Source: Candidatus Kapaibacterium sp. (lineage in GTDB: Bacteria > Bacteroidota > Ignavibacteria > Kapaibacteriales > HRBIN21). Taken from it: DNA of 64,000 nt. The notes beneath the pieces are model-generated. The model searched no databases and was not told the DNA's origin. It saw only the letters and a list, made by a program, of their open reading frames with translations. The translations under genes were made by a program, and so were the position numbers. The stretch is taken from NCBI GenBank assembly GCA_938084565.1, contig CALKEU010000007.1, positions 115,039 to 179,038 of the forward strand, given 5' to 3'. Below are positions 10,378 through 19,871 of the stretch, in pieces (the first letter of the stretch is position 1; each line of letters begins with the position of its first letter).

Positions 10378-11424
10378 CTACATATCGGTCGAAAGGCGCA
10401 GGCGGATGATGCGCCCATTGCCGGCATCAGCAATGTAGACCGTGCGATTGTAGACTGCTACCCCTGCCGGGGCTCGGAGCCGGTAGGGTCCTTCGCCCCG
10501 ATATCCCCGCACGAGCATTCCCGCCGGCGAGAGGACATAGAGGCTATCGGTCTCGGCATCAACTACGTAGACACTCCGATCGGGTCCGAAGGTAGCTCCT
10601 TCGGGGGCTTGGAAGCGCCCTGGCTGGAGCACGGTGTTGCTCTGCTGCGTCGGATCGAATTTCTGCCGCCATCCCGCTCCTTCCCCTGTTACGTAAGTCA
10701 GCCACTGCACCCGATACTGCATCGAGACTCCCCTTTGGGTAAAGACGAGCTCCCGGCCATCAGCCGAGAGAGCCAGGGAGCTGAGCTGCTCGATGGCGTT
10801 GAGAGCCACACCGATTGGGCGCACAATCGGAAGAGGAGAGCGCAGCCGATCATCCGGGCCAATGTGCAAGATCGCTTCGTCTGGGTCAATGGGCGAAGTA
10901 TTCTGCGGTCCAGTCCGGGCCAAGAGATAGCTATTGTCCGGCAGCACAGCAATCCCGGTAAAACGGCGCCACGGACGCTCGGGTTCACTATAGGCTACAA
11001 CGATACGGGCACGACTGATATCGTGCTGTGCCTCCCGCAATCGGATACGGAAGACCGCTCCAATGCGCGCAGGCCCACCCGGCAATAGGGTATCCAACTG
11101 CCCACACACGAGCAAATCAAAGTGCCCATCTTGGGCTAATGCAACCGGACGCCGAATTGGAGCTGATACCCCAATGGGTCGGCCAGCCAGATCGAGCATG
11201 ACGATGCGATCGTTGTCCGTATCGGCCACATAGATGAAAGGCTCTCGGCCCACTAGTACGTCGGAGGGATTGCGAAAGTTGCCCCAGATAGGCTCTAGCG
11301 GGATGTAGGCGGTATCGCCAATGCGGCTTGTATCGGAAGCTGGGGAGGTCGGTAGTGGAGGAGGTTCAGGCAAGCAGCCACTCAGCACGCTACAGATGAA
11401 GGCGGGGAGAAGAGCCCATCTCAT
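10378..11424 (-). CDS. NHL-repeat (six-bladed beta-propeller) lipoprotein
   Basis: Lipoprotein signal 'MRWALLPAFICSVLSGC'. Repeated NHL-type blades: 'FIYVADTDNDRIVMLD', 'SVYVVDAETDSLYVL', 'TVYIADAGNGRIIRL'. ATGA start/stop overlap with the upstream PorV-like gene. Confidence 0.6.
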   Translation of the reverse strand: MRWALLPAFICSVLSGCLPEPPPLPTSPASDTSRIGDTAYIPLEPIWGNFRNPSDVLVGREPFIYVADTDNDRIVMLDLAGRPIGVSAPIRRPVALAQDGHFDLLVCGQLDTLLPGGPARIGAVFRIRLREAQHDISRARIVVAYSEPERPWRRFTGIAVLPDNSYLLARTGPQNTSPIDPDEAILHIGPDDRLRSPLPIVRPIGVALNAIEQLSSLALSADGRELVFTQRGVSMQYRVQWLTYVTGEGAGWRQKFDPTQQSNTVLQPGRFQAPEGATFGPDRSVYVVDAETDSLYVLSPAGMLVRGYRGEGPYRLRAPAGVAVYNRTVYIADAGNGRIIRLRLSTDM

Positions 11425-12437
11425 GGCAGTTGCAACGGTTCCAGCACACAGCCCAGATACCAGACAAGCCCAAGCGGCTTTTGCGCCGACAGGGCCCAAT
11501 CCAGCCGTATCTTCAGTGGCGACACAGGGAGTGCAATACCGACACCCGCAGACCACCACTGCCGAGCATATGCTCGCAGGCCTGCCCGCAGAGACAGCTC
11601 TGCCGGGAAAGCAGCCGAGAAGCGGAAGGCATACTCGCTGGCCAGAGCGTAGCTTTCAGCCGCATCACTCGGGTGCTCGATGGCTACCATCCAGCTCCAC
11701 CGTTGCGCCTGCGTCTGCACTACTTCCCCTGCTGCACCAAGCCGAACAACCGTCGGCGGGGCAAATTCCTGGAAACCCTGATGTGGCTCCTCCACATAGG
11801 TAGGTGGACGGCGGACCGAGACTGTTCCCCGGCCCTTCAAGGGAAAGCCGAAATGAGAGATGGCAACCGCTAAGCGCAAGCTGCCGATGCCTGTCCAGTA
11901 GAGCGTTCCGGCATCCCAGAGGAGCCCCTGTAGGACTGCCTCAGCCCAACGCTCATGGAGATAGCGCAGAGCTATCCCCGCTGTAAATTGCTCTGTGAGC
12001 TGGTGAGCATATCCAATCCCAACAGTCCAGTGACCGAAGCGGACCTGACGACCTGTCCCGTAAGGACGGAACTCCGTTGTCTCCTCAATGGGCGGAACAA
12101 CAAGGGCGGAGGCCGAGACAAGTATTGTGCTCGGGTCCGCTATGTGATAGCTGAAGCAGGCTGCATGGTACCAGAGTTCGGCCACGAAGCGGTGGCTGAG
12201 AAGTCCCAATCCGTATGCTCCGTGGGGCCCACCTCCGAGGGCGGGATTGCTCCACACCCCTGTGACATCAGGCATGGCCAGCGCAGCCCTTGCAAGCGCT
12301 GCATCCCGAGCGCTCCCGAGCAATTGCAGTGCAACTGCGGTTGAAATCCCCAGACGCTCTTCGCCAAATCGCGGCAGCACTTGTGCACAGAGCGTCATCC
12401 ACAGGCATAAACTGCCGAGCAGAACTCTCCAACCCAT
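11421..12437 (-). CDS. PorV/PorQ-like outer-membrane beta-barrel protein (second paralog)
   Basis: Signal peptide, then 'LGISTAVALQLLGSARDAALARAALAMPDVTGVWSNPALGG', the same N-terminal family signature as the porV-like gene at 2918. Alternating amphipathic strands, aromatic C-terminus. The start codon shares one nucleotide with the SDR stop. Confidence 0.45.
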   Translation of the reverse strand: MGWRVLLGSLCLWMTLCAQVLPRFGEERLGISTAVALQLLGSARDAALARAALAMPDVTGVWSNPALGGGPHGAYGLGLLSHRFVAELWYHAACFSYHIADPSTILVSASALVVPPIEETTEFRPYGTGRQVRFGHWTVGIGYAHQLTEQFTAGIALRYLHERWAEAVLQGLLWDAGTLYWTGIGSLRLAVAISHFGFPLKGRGTVSVRRPPTYVEEPHQGFQEFAPPTVVRLGAAGEVVQTQAQRWSWMVAIEHPSDAAESYALASEYAFRFSAAFPAELSLRAGLRAYARQWWSAGVGIALPVSPLKIRLDWALSAQKPLGLVWYLGCVLEPLQLP

Positions 12438-13201
12438 CAGTGCCGTGCTACCCCGCCATCGACATTAATGGTCTGCCCCGTGATAATGCCCGAGGCCGGC
12501 AGTGCAAGAAATGCCACAACATTGGCGATATCCTCTGGTTCATCGGCCCGATGAACTGCCTGCGTCGGCAGAATGTGCTGCAGAATGGTCTGCGAAAGCG
12601 CCGACGCATTGGGCCGCTGCGTTGCCGTCAGCCCCACGGTGATAGCATTGACCGTAATACCATACCGGCCCACTTCGGCTGCCAATGACCGCACAAAACC
12701 AATGATGCCCATCTTCGCAGTGACGTAGTGCACCAGATAGGGTGTCCCCAGCCACACCGTGTCAGAGGACAGCACAATGATGCGCCCGAAGCCCCGCTGC
12801 TTCATCGATGGCAATACGGCTTTGACGGTTAAGAAGAGGCTGTTGAGGGTCACCTCCAGCATCCGCTGCCACTGTTCGAAGCTGAGCAGCTCAAAGGGCT
12901 CCTCCTCGTAGAGTCCCACGTTGTGCACCAGGATATCCACCCCACCCCAGTGCGCAACGATAGAGGCCATCATACGCTCGACATCGGCCGGCTGTGTCAG
13001 ATCAGCCTGGACGGTCAGCACTTCACCCCCGAGCTGGCGAACCGCTTCGGCCGTCTGGCTAGCATCGGCAATATCGGCAATGACAATGCGGGCACCCTCT
13101 TCGGCCAAACGCTCGCAGAAGGCACGGCCATTTCCCACGGCTGCGCCTGTGACCAGGGCCACACGCCCCTGCAGTCCGTGCTCGAAACGGTGGATTTGCA
13201 T
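12437..13201 (-). CDS. Short-chain dehydrogenase/reductase (3-ketoacyl reductase-like)
   Basis: Rossmann motif 'VALVTGAAVGNGRA' near the start; SDR catalytic region. Start at 13201 with a GTGAGGGG Shine-Dalgarno, 4 nt after the upstream synthase stop. Confidence 0.7.
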   Translation of the reverse strand: MQIHRFEHGLQGRVALVTGAAVGNGRAFCERLAEEGARIVIADIADASQTAEAVRQLGGEVLTVQADLTQPADVERMMASIVAHWGGVDILVHNVGLYEEEPFELLSFEQWQRMLEVTLNSLFLTVKAVLPSMKQRGFGRIIVLSSDTVWLGTPYLVHYVTAKMGIIGFVRSLAAEVGRYGITVNAITVGLTATQRPNASALSQTILQHILPTQAVHRADEPEDIANVVAFLALPASGIITGQTINVDGGVARH

Positions 13202-13205
13202 CCCC

Positions 13206-14480
13206 TCACGGCTGGCGCTGCTCCGAAGCTGGAACCTGTCCCCAATGATTCTGCGCAAGCCCGGCCGCAATACGCTCCCGCGCCTCCGGTGTCAGTAAGC
13301 CGAGCTCCTTTCCAACGCGGGCGAAAACCTCCAGAATGCGCTCCAGATGCTCGTCCTCGTGAGTAGCCATGTAACTTGTGCGCAGCATGCTCATGTTCGG
13401 CGGCACCCCGGGCGGGATAAAGGTATTCACATAGACCCCAGCATCGAAGAGCTTGCGCCAGAAGAGCAACGCTGTCTCTACATCGCCAACAATGACGGGC
13501 ACAATCGCCGTCTGCCCGTCCAGCGTATGGAAGCCCAGCTCCCGAAAGCCCTGGCGCATCTTGGCAGCGTTTCGAATGAGCCGGTCGACCAGTTCGGGCT
13601 GCTGTTCGAGAATCTCCAGCGCCGCTAATGCCGCTGCACAAGAGGCAGGGGTCGGACTGGCGCTGAAGATGAGCGCCGCTGAGTGGTGCTTGAGGTAGTT
13701 GATCACCCGCTCAGGCCCTGCCACAAATCCTCCCAGTGAAGCAAAAGTTTTCGAGAAGGTGCCCATCGTCAAATCCGTCTGCTCGGTCAGCCCAAAGAAG
13801 CTCGCCGTTCCACGCCCCCCAACGCCGATGACTCCAATGGCGTGGGCATCGTCGATGAGGACGCGCGCACCATACCGATGCGCAATCTCTAGCAGACGGG
13901 GCAGATCTACAATTTCGCCCGTCACAGAGAAGACCCCGTCGGAGACAACCAGTTTGTTGGCCCCTTCCGGCAGACGCACGAGCACCCGCTCTAGGTCCTC
14001 CATGTCATTGTGCCGATAGCGCACGAATTCGGCCCCCATCCCTTTCGCAATCAGGGCTCCGGTCACGATCGAGGCGTGGTTTTCACGGTCGCTGATGACG
14101 TAATCGCCCTTCTGCACCAAGCCGGCAATAGTACCTAACGCCGTCTGGAAGCCTGTGCTGAAGAGCAGTACTGCTTCGTAGCCGAGAAACCGGGCCAGAC
14201 GCTCCTCGAGCTCAATGTGCAAATCCAACGTGCCGGTCAAATATCGAGATCCGGAACACCCCGTCCCATACTTACGGATGGCCGCAATAGCGGCCTCCTT
14301 CACCTTTGGGTGCGTCGTCAACCCCAAGTAGTTATTGGAACCGGCCATGATGACCTTTCGTCCCCCGATGGTCACCACCGGCCCCTCGTTCTCCTGGATG
14401 GGGTGGAAGTACGGGTAGAGCCCTTGGGCTTTGACTTCATCAGCGCGTGTGAAGGCGTAGCAACGCTCGAAGAGATCCAC
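13206..14480 (-). CDS. PLP-dependent alpha-oxoamine synthase family acyltransferase (Kbl/BioF/serine-palmitoyltransferase-like)
   Basis: Family-wide conservation: '[14 protein letters not shown]', '[13 protein letters not shown]', '[16 protein letters not shown]' (PLP lysine region). 424 aa. Confidence 0.75.
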   Translation of the reverse strand: MDLFERCYAFTRADEVKAQGLYPYFHPIQENEGPVVTIGGRKVIMAGSNNYLGLTTHPKVKEAAIAAIRKYGTGCSGSRYLTGTLDLHIELEERLARFLGYEAVLLFSTGFQTALGTIAGLVQKGDYVISDRENHASIVTGALIAKGMGAEFVRYRHNDMEDLERVLVRLPEGANKLVVSDGVFSVTGEIVDLPRLLEIAHRYGARVLIDDAHAIGVIGVGGRGTASFFGLTEQTDLTMGTFSKTFASLGGFVAGPERVINYLKHHSAALIFSASPTPASCAAALAALEILEQQPELVDRLIRNAAKMRQGFRELGFHTLDGQTAIVPVIVGDVETALLFWRKLFDAGVYVNTFIPPGVPPNMSMLRTSYMATHEDEHLERILEVFARVGKELGLLTPEARERIAAGLAQNHWGQVPASEQRQP

Positions 14481-14530
14481 GCTTGTCCTCCTGCCGTAAT
14501 GCTACTTCCCACTGGTCAACGGCTGCAAAT

Positions 14531-14567
14531 ATCTGAAAAAGTTAGCCGAGCTACAGCATGCTCGGCT
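14531..14567 (-). terminator. Rho-independent terminator at the end of mpg
   Basis: On the - strand an 8-bp perfect stem AGCCGAGC-(8 nt)-GCTCGGCT is followed by AACTTTTTCAG. The stem-loop overlaps the mpg stop codon. Confidence 0.45.
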
Positions 14568-15180
14568 GGCGTGCAGAGACACACGGAGATGTCCGCAGGA
14601 AGAAGCGCAGCAGGAGCTCACGTCCCCGTCGAACCCCAATACGCGGGCTCTGCTCGATGTCTTCTTCTGGAATGGGCTCTGCCGGAGCCTGGAGGAACAG
14701 CTCCGGAGTGCAGACCGAGCGGCCATTGTGCGAGAGCGTCAAGCCGAAGGCACGAGCTAAGTTTGCCGGACCCCGACAGAGCTCAACATCAGCCACCGCC
14801 CCACGGCGCCGCCGAAAGAGCTCATGACCGAGCACGGGCTCGGCTGCTCGCAACAGCACTGCTGCCCCACGTCCGGCTTCTTCTGTGACCACGTTGACAC
14901 AGTGGTGCTTCCCATAGATGGCGTACACGTAGAGCACTCCTCCGGGCTCAAACATAGCGGCATTGCGCCGCGTCTTTCCTCGATATGCATGGTTGGCCGG
15001 ATCCGCCTCCGGGAGATACGCCTCTACCTCAACGAGCCGAGCTGCACACCAGCCTTCAGCCTCCCGCTTGACTAGAAGCGCCCCGAGCAGAGCCCGAGCA
15101 ACTTCCACGGTCGGACGTCGGAAAAAAGCGCACGGAAATGCACGCTCTGGCTCGACAACAAACAGCGCCATTGCCGTCAT
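14551..15180 (-). CDS. mpg: DNA-3-methyladenine glycosylase (Mpg/AAG family)
   Basis: N-terminal 'FFRRPTVEVARALLGALLV...VEAYLPEADPANHAYRGKT' matches the Mpg family. 209 aa. Confidence 0.75.
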   Translation of the reverse strand: MTAMALFVVEPERAFPCAFFRRPTVEVARALLGALLVKREAEGWCAARLVEVEAYLPEADPANHAYRGKTRRNAAMFEPGGVLYVYAIYGKHHCVNVVTEEAGRGAAVLLRAAEPVLGHELFRRRRGAVADVELCRGPANLARAFGLTLSHNGRSVCTPELFLQAPAEPIPEEDIEQSPRIGVRRGRELLLRFFLRTSPCVSARQPSML

Positions 15181-15303
15181 CGTCTTAAGCCGGTGTCTAC
15201 CAGCGGGGTCAAAAGACGTACTACCGCTACGGTGTCTGCTATATGTCCGCCCGACTCCTCAACAGGAAGTGCTCGGCCCGTGGATTTGTAAGTCCTGCGG
15301 CAG

Positions 15304-16725
15304 ATGGCCATTGTTGAGGAACTTCTCGACCATGTCCGCCAATGGCTGCAGCAGGCCGGTGTCTGTGCGTCATCGCGCCTTCTGTGTGCCGTCAGCGGAG
15401 GGGTAGACTCAGTAGTGCTTCTCGACCTCCTGCGACAGCTGTCCTCTTCTTTGGGCTTTGCACTCGGGATTGCACACGCTGACCACAGCCTCCGAGGAGA
15501 ACAGTCGCGCCGGGAGGCAAGCTTTGTCGAACAGCTTGCCGTCGAGCATGGGCTTCCCATCCTCCTGGAGGTGCTCCCAGTCCGGCAATATGCTCGCCAG
15601 CATCGTTGCAGCATTGAGCTCGCCGCCCGCCGTCTCCGGTACGATTTTTTCGCTCGGGCAGCTCAGCAATTCAGCGCCACACACCTTGCGCTAGCCCATA
15701 CGGCCGACGACAACGCCGAGACCATTCTCCTCAATCTCTTGCGGGGAGCAGGGCTTGAGGGCTTGGCAGGAATACCCCCACAGCGAGAGCTCCTGCCCGG
15801 CTGTCAGCTCATTCGGCCACTTCTTGCTTTCCGGAAGCAGCAGCTCTATGCCTATGCTCATGCTCGCAGACTCCAGTGGTGCGAAGATACGAGCAACCGC
15901 GATCGGCGCTTCCGGCGCAATCGCATCCGCTGGGAACTCCTGCCCTGTGCTGAGGCTATTGTCCCACAGGCTGTGCTCAGTATCTGCCGCGCTGGCACCT
16001 TGCTCCGGCAAGCCCTGGAGGGGATTGCTCAGGTCGTGGAGCCTTATCTGCAACGGGCAGCCTTGCCCGACGGGGGGTTCTTCTTTCGCGAAGCAGACTG
16101 GGACGCCCTCCCCCCCTTCTTCCGGGCTGAGCTCCTGCGAGCTGCGCTGCGGCGCTTGGGCTCGCCATATGGGCCTCCATTCGACCGACTCACTCGTGCT
16201 CTGGCTCTCCGCACAGCCTCTACGGGCAAACGCTGCATGCTGACTCGCGATGCCACACTCGTGCGCGAACGCACTGGCTTGAGCCTCTTACCGCTCACCC
16301 CAGCACTGCCGGAACTCCTCGTGCACCCCCGCGGACGCTATCGGCTCGGGATGTGGGAGCTGGAGTTTTCGGCCGTGACTGCCTCCGAGGTTGATTTCAG
16401 CGCCGATGCCTCTATCGCCTTCGTCGACGCCGACTGCCTCCCCGATACCCTCTGCTGGCGTCCCCCACGCGCAGGCGATCGCTTCCACCCGCTGGGTATG
16501 CCACGGGAGATGAAGCTAGGGGATTTCCTGACGAACCAGCGCTTACCGTACTGGCGCCGTCGCTCTCTGACGGTGCTGGCCGTCGGCTCCCGTATCCTCT
16601 GGGTCTGTGGCCTCCGCCTCAGTGAGACGGTCAAGCTCACTGAGCGCACACGGCGTATTCTCCGTCTCCACCTTCGCCATGTCCCACCTGCAGGCACTCC
16701 GGCTCATGCCCGCACAACAGCTTGA
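15304..16725 (+). CDS. tilS: tRNA(Ile)-lysidine synthetase
   Basis: PP-loop 'SGGVDSVVLLDLL'. Followed by hpt and ftsH, the conserved tilS-hpt-ftsH arrangement. Confidence 0.8.
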   Translation: MAIVEELLDHVRQWLQQAGVCASSRLLCAVSGGVDSVVLLDLLRQLSSSLGFALGIAHADHSLRGEQSRREASFVEQLAVEHGLPILLEVLPVRQYARQHRCSIELAARRLRYDFFARAAQQFSATHLALAHTADDNAETILLNLLRGAGLEGLAGIPPQRELLPGCQLIRPLLAFRKQQLYAYAHARRLQWCEDTSNRDRRFRRNRIRWELLPCAEAIVPQAVLSICRAGTLLRQALEGIAQVVEPYLQRAALPDGGFFFREADWDALPPFFRAELLRAALRRLGSPYGPPFDRLTRALALRTASTGKRCMLTRDATLVRERTGLSLLPLTPALPELLVHPRGRYRLGMWELEFSAVTASEVDFSADASIAFVDADCLPDTLCWRPPRAGDRFHPLGMPREMKLGDFLTNQRLPYWRRRSLTVLAVGSRILWVCGLRLSETVKLTERTRRILRLHLRHVPPAGTPAHARTTA

Positions 16726-17257
16726 GGTGCACGGGAAGCGCTTCCGGCTCTTCCTGCCGCGCCATGAGATCGCGCGCTGCGTCCGCCATCTGGCCGAACG
16801 CATCCAGGCTGACTACGCCGGTAAGGAGCTGACCTGTGTCGTCGTCCTCAAAGGGGCCTTTATCTTTGCTGCGGATCTGCTCCGGGAACTCTCCCTTCCC
16901 TGCCGCGTTGAGATGGTGCGCGCCCAGAGCTACGGCATGCAGATGCACTCCTCCGGGACTATCCACCTCGAACCGGCCCAGCTCGATCTCCGCAATCGCC
17001 ACGTACTGGTCATCGAAGACATTGTCGATACAGGGCTAACCCTTCAAGCTCTGGTTGCGCAGCTGCACGCCCAGCACCCAGCCTCACTCCACATTGTTGC
17101 ACTTCTTGCAAAGCCGCCTGCACAGACACTCTCCGTGCCGCTGACATACGTAGGCAAGCACATCCCCCCTGTTTTCGTCATCGGCTACGGGATGGATTAT
17201 GCCGAAGCTGGGCGCACACTGCCGGATATCTACGCCGTAGACGAACACCTCAGCTGA
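16679..17257 (+). CDS. hpt: Hypoxanthine-guanine phosphoribosyltransferase
   Basis: PRPP-binding motif 'VLVIEDIVDTGLTL'. Start at the internal ATG at 16679 (the track ORF from 16607 overlaps tilS). Confidence 0.8.
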   Translation: MSHLQALRLMPAQQLEVHGKRFRLFLPRHEIARCVRHLAERIQADYAGKELTCVVVLKGAFIFAADLLRELSLPCRVEMVRAQSYGMQMHSSGTIHLEPAQLDLRNRHVLVIEDIVDTGLTLQALVAQLHAQHPASLHIVALLAKPPAQTLSVPLTYVGKHIPPVFVIGYGMDYAEAGRTLPDIYAVDEHLS

Positions 17258-17286
17258 GGGCAATCCCGTCCAGAAACGTACGTCCA

Positions 17287-19866
17287 TTGCTGTGTCAAAG
17301 TCGCCGTATACTCATGCATCAGCCCAACACGCGTATGCCATCCCATGAGCCAACCCCCTTGGGGCGACTGTTCCGCACCCTAGTAGGCTGGATGCTGCTG
17401 TTGATGGGCATTTTTCTCTTCTACCTCGTGCTGCGCGGGACCGACCGGCCAGAGTGGCCCATCAGCTACACGGAGTACCGGCAGTTGCTGGAAGAGGGGA
17501 AAATTGAATCGGCTACCATCGTCAAGTCACGCTTCAACGACTACGAATTCCACGGCGTCCTCAAAGAGCCCATCACACTCATCCGCGATGGACGTCCCCG
17601 CCAAGTCCGCTACATCGTCACCAAGCTCGGTGTACTCGATGCCGAGACAGAGCGGCTGTGGGCCGAAAAAGGGATTACCTGGACCTACGAATCCGGCGAT
17701 AACCCGTGGTGGGAGAGCCTCCTGTCTATCCTCCCCTGGGTAGCTCTGATTGCCATTTACTTCCTGCTGCTGCAACGCATGCAGGTGGGGGCTACGCGCA
17801 ATATCTTTTCGTTCGGTAAAGCTCGCGTCCGCCTCAACGATCCCTCACAGCCGCGGGTAACCTTCGACGACGTGGCTGGCGCAGAAGAAGCCAAGGAGGA
17901 ACTCCGTGAGATCATCGAGTTCCTGCGCCATCCCGAGCGTTTCCGCACCCTTGGGGCCAAAATCCCGAAGGGAGTATTGCTGGTCGGCCCTCCGGGGACT
18001 GGGAAGACGCTGCTGGCCCGGGCTGTTGCTGGAGAAGCGGGAGTCCCCTTCTTCTCCATTTCTGGGGCCGACTTCGTGGAGATGTTCGTCGGCGTTGGAG
18101 CCGCTCGAGTCCGGGATCTCTTCGAGCAAGCTAAACGCCATGCCCCCTGTATTGTCTTCATCGACGAGCTCGATGCTGTCGGACGCCAACGTGGGGCGGG
18201 TCTGGGGGGAGGCCACGACGAGCGGGAGCAGACACTCAACCAGCTCCTGGTCGAAATGGATGGCTTCGAACAGAATAGCGGCATTGTGGTGCTAGCGGCT
18301 ACCAACCGCCCCGATATCCTCGATCCAGCACTGCTGCGTCCCGGTCGTTTCGATCGGCGTATTGTGGTAGACTTGCCCGATGTTCGCGGCCGTGAGCAGA
18401 TCCTCCGTGTCCATACCCGCCGCACTCCGCTTGCTCCCGATGTGGATCTTGCACAGTTGGCCAAAAGCACTCCCGGATTCTCAGGCGCAGACCTGGCAAA
18501 CCTGGTCAATGAGGCAGCCCTCTTGGCGGCTCGACGCAATAGCCGCTTTGTGACAATGCAGGACTTCGAAGACGCCCGTGACAAGATCCTCATGGGCATT
18601 GAACGGCGCAGCCTCGTACTCTCGGAAGAGGAGCGCCGTATTACAGCATACCACGAAGCCGGCCACGCCTTAGTAGCCAAACTCCTCCCAACGGCCGACC
18701 CCATCCACAAGGTCACAATTATTCCACGTGGGCGCGCACTCGGCCTGACCGCTCAATTGCCGGAAGAGGATCGTTACACGCTCGCCAAAGAGTACATCGA
18801 AGACCGCATCGTCATGACGCTGGGCGGGCGGGCAGCTGAAAAGGTTGTCTTCAATCGCATCACCACAGGCGCTGCCAATGACCTGGAACATGCCACGCGG
18901 CTGGCGCGGAAGATGGTCTGCGAATGGGGAATGAGCGAGGTACTCGGCCCCGTGGCTCTCAGCAATCGACACGAGGAGGTCTTCCTCGGCCGGGAAATTG
19001 TCCAGCCGCGGGAGTACAGTGAAGAAACTGCACGGCTCATCGACGCGGAGGTGCGCCGGATCGTGACTGAGGCTATGGAGAAAGCCGAGCGTCTACTGCG
19101 GGAGCATTTGGATGCGCTCCACCGTATCGCACAGGCACTGCTCGAGCGCGAGGTTCTAACGGGCGAAGATCTCGAGCGCCTCCTCCGCACCACCACCTCC
19201 TCCGATCCCGCAGCCCCTGGCCCCATCCACGACGGTGCACCGATCCACATACCTACCTCCCCCACGGCTGAGCCCCTCTCCAGCCCGACTTTCCCGGACC
19301 AACACTTTGCTTTGGTCGAACTACGCCAACTGGCAGACCAGCTCGCACATCAGCTCGGCTATACCGATGCGCTCACGTTCGCTCATCAACGGCTCAAGCT
19401 GCCTCTCTCTCCCTCTCCAGCACCGACTACAGTGAACGAATTGCAAACGCAGACCACTGAGCTTGCTCTCCGAGCGGGCTTCTCGAGCGTGCATCAGGCT
19501 GCTCGCACCGCAGGCATCCAGCTCACCGATGGCGATGAGCACGCCTGGCGGGAACTGTGGCAGTACTTGCAGGATCAGCTACAGCACAAGGCCTGGACGG
19601 AGCTGATCAGTCATCTCCAGCAAGAGCTCCAACAACAGCGACGGCTCACAACGATGTCGCTAGCCGAGCTGCAGGAAGCCGTGCACAATCTCCTCTACTG
19701 GCTTGGATACCGAAGCGTCGATGAGGCGGCCCATGCCCTCCATATCCGGCTCGACGGCTCCGAAGGAGCATGGCGCCGCTTGTTGCTTGCTATGGAAGCA
19801 CAGCTGCGGGAGCGCCTTCAGCGGCGCCAGACTGAGGCACAGCCCTCTTCTGAGGCCGACTCCTAA
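17287..19866 (+). CDS. ftsH: ATP-dependent zinc metalloprotease FtsH with a long C-terminal extension
   Basis: Walker A 'GPPGTGKT', SRH region, and the zinc-binding 'HEAGHA' motif. The last ~230 aa are extra helical repeats. Confidence 0.9.
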   Translation: MLCQSRRILMHQPNTRMPSHEPTPLGRLFRTLVGWMLLLMGIFLFYLVLRGTDRPEWPISYTEYRQLLEEGKIESATIVKSRFNDYEFHGVLKEPITLIRDGRPRQVRYIVTKLGVLDAETERLWAEKGITWTYESGDNPWWESLLSILPWVALIAIYFLLLQRMQVGATRNIFSFGKARVRLNDPSQPRVTFDDVAGAEEAKEELREIIEFLRHPERFRTLGAKIPKGVLLVGPPGTGKTLLARAVAGEAGVPFFSISGADFVEMFVGVGAARVRDLFEQAKRHAPCIVFIDELDAVGRQRGAGLGGGHDEREQTLNQLLVEMDGFEQNSGIVVLAATNRPDILDPALLRPGRFDRRIVVDLPDVRGREQILRVHTRRTPLAPDVDLAQLAKSTPGFSGADLANLVNEAALLAARRNSRFVTMQDFEDARDKILMGIERRSLVLSEEERRITAYHEAGHALVAKLLPTADPIHKVTIIPRGRALGLTAQLPEEDRYTLAKEYIEDRIVMTLGGRAAEKVVFNRITTGAANDLEHATRLARKMVCEWGMSEVLGPVALSNRHEEVFLGREIVQPREYSEETARLIDAEVRRIVTEAMEKAERLLREHLDALHRIAQALLEREVLTGEDLERLLRTTTSSDPAAPGPIHDGAPIHIPTSPTAEPLSSPTFPDQHFALVELRQLADQLAHQLGYTDALTFAHQRLKLPLSPSPAPTTVNELQTQTTELALRAGFSSVHQAARTAGIQLTDGDEHAWRELWQYLQDQLQHKAWTELISHLQQELQQQRRLTTMSLAELQEAVHNLLYWLGYRSVDEAAHALHIRLDGSEGAWRRLLLAMEAQLRERLQRRQTEAQPSSEADS

Positions 19867-19871
19867 ACCGG

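Noticed and set aside
14570-14620. SRP-RNA-like 'GTCCGCAGGAAGAAGCGCAGCAG' string
   Set aside because: It lies inside the mpg coding sequence, does not match the conserved GUCCGGAAGGAAGCAGC domain IV, and has no flanking helix.
17757-18716. Long antisense ORFs (for example 319 aa opposite ftsH; 257 aa and 168 aa opposite the repeat protein; 163 aa opposite ftsH)
   Set aside because: These are typical shadow ORFs of GC-rich DNA. They are fully contained in strongly supported genes on the other strand and have low-complexity Arg/Ser/Pro-rich translations.
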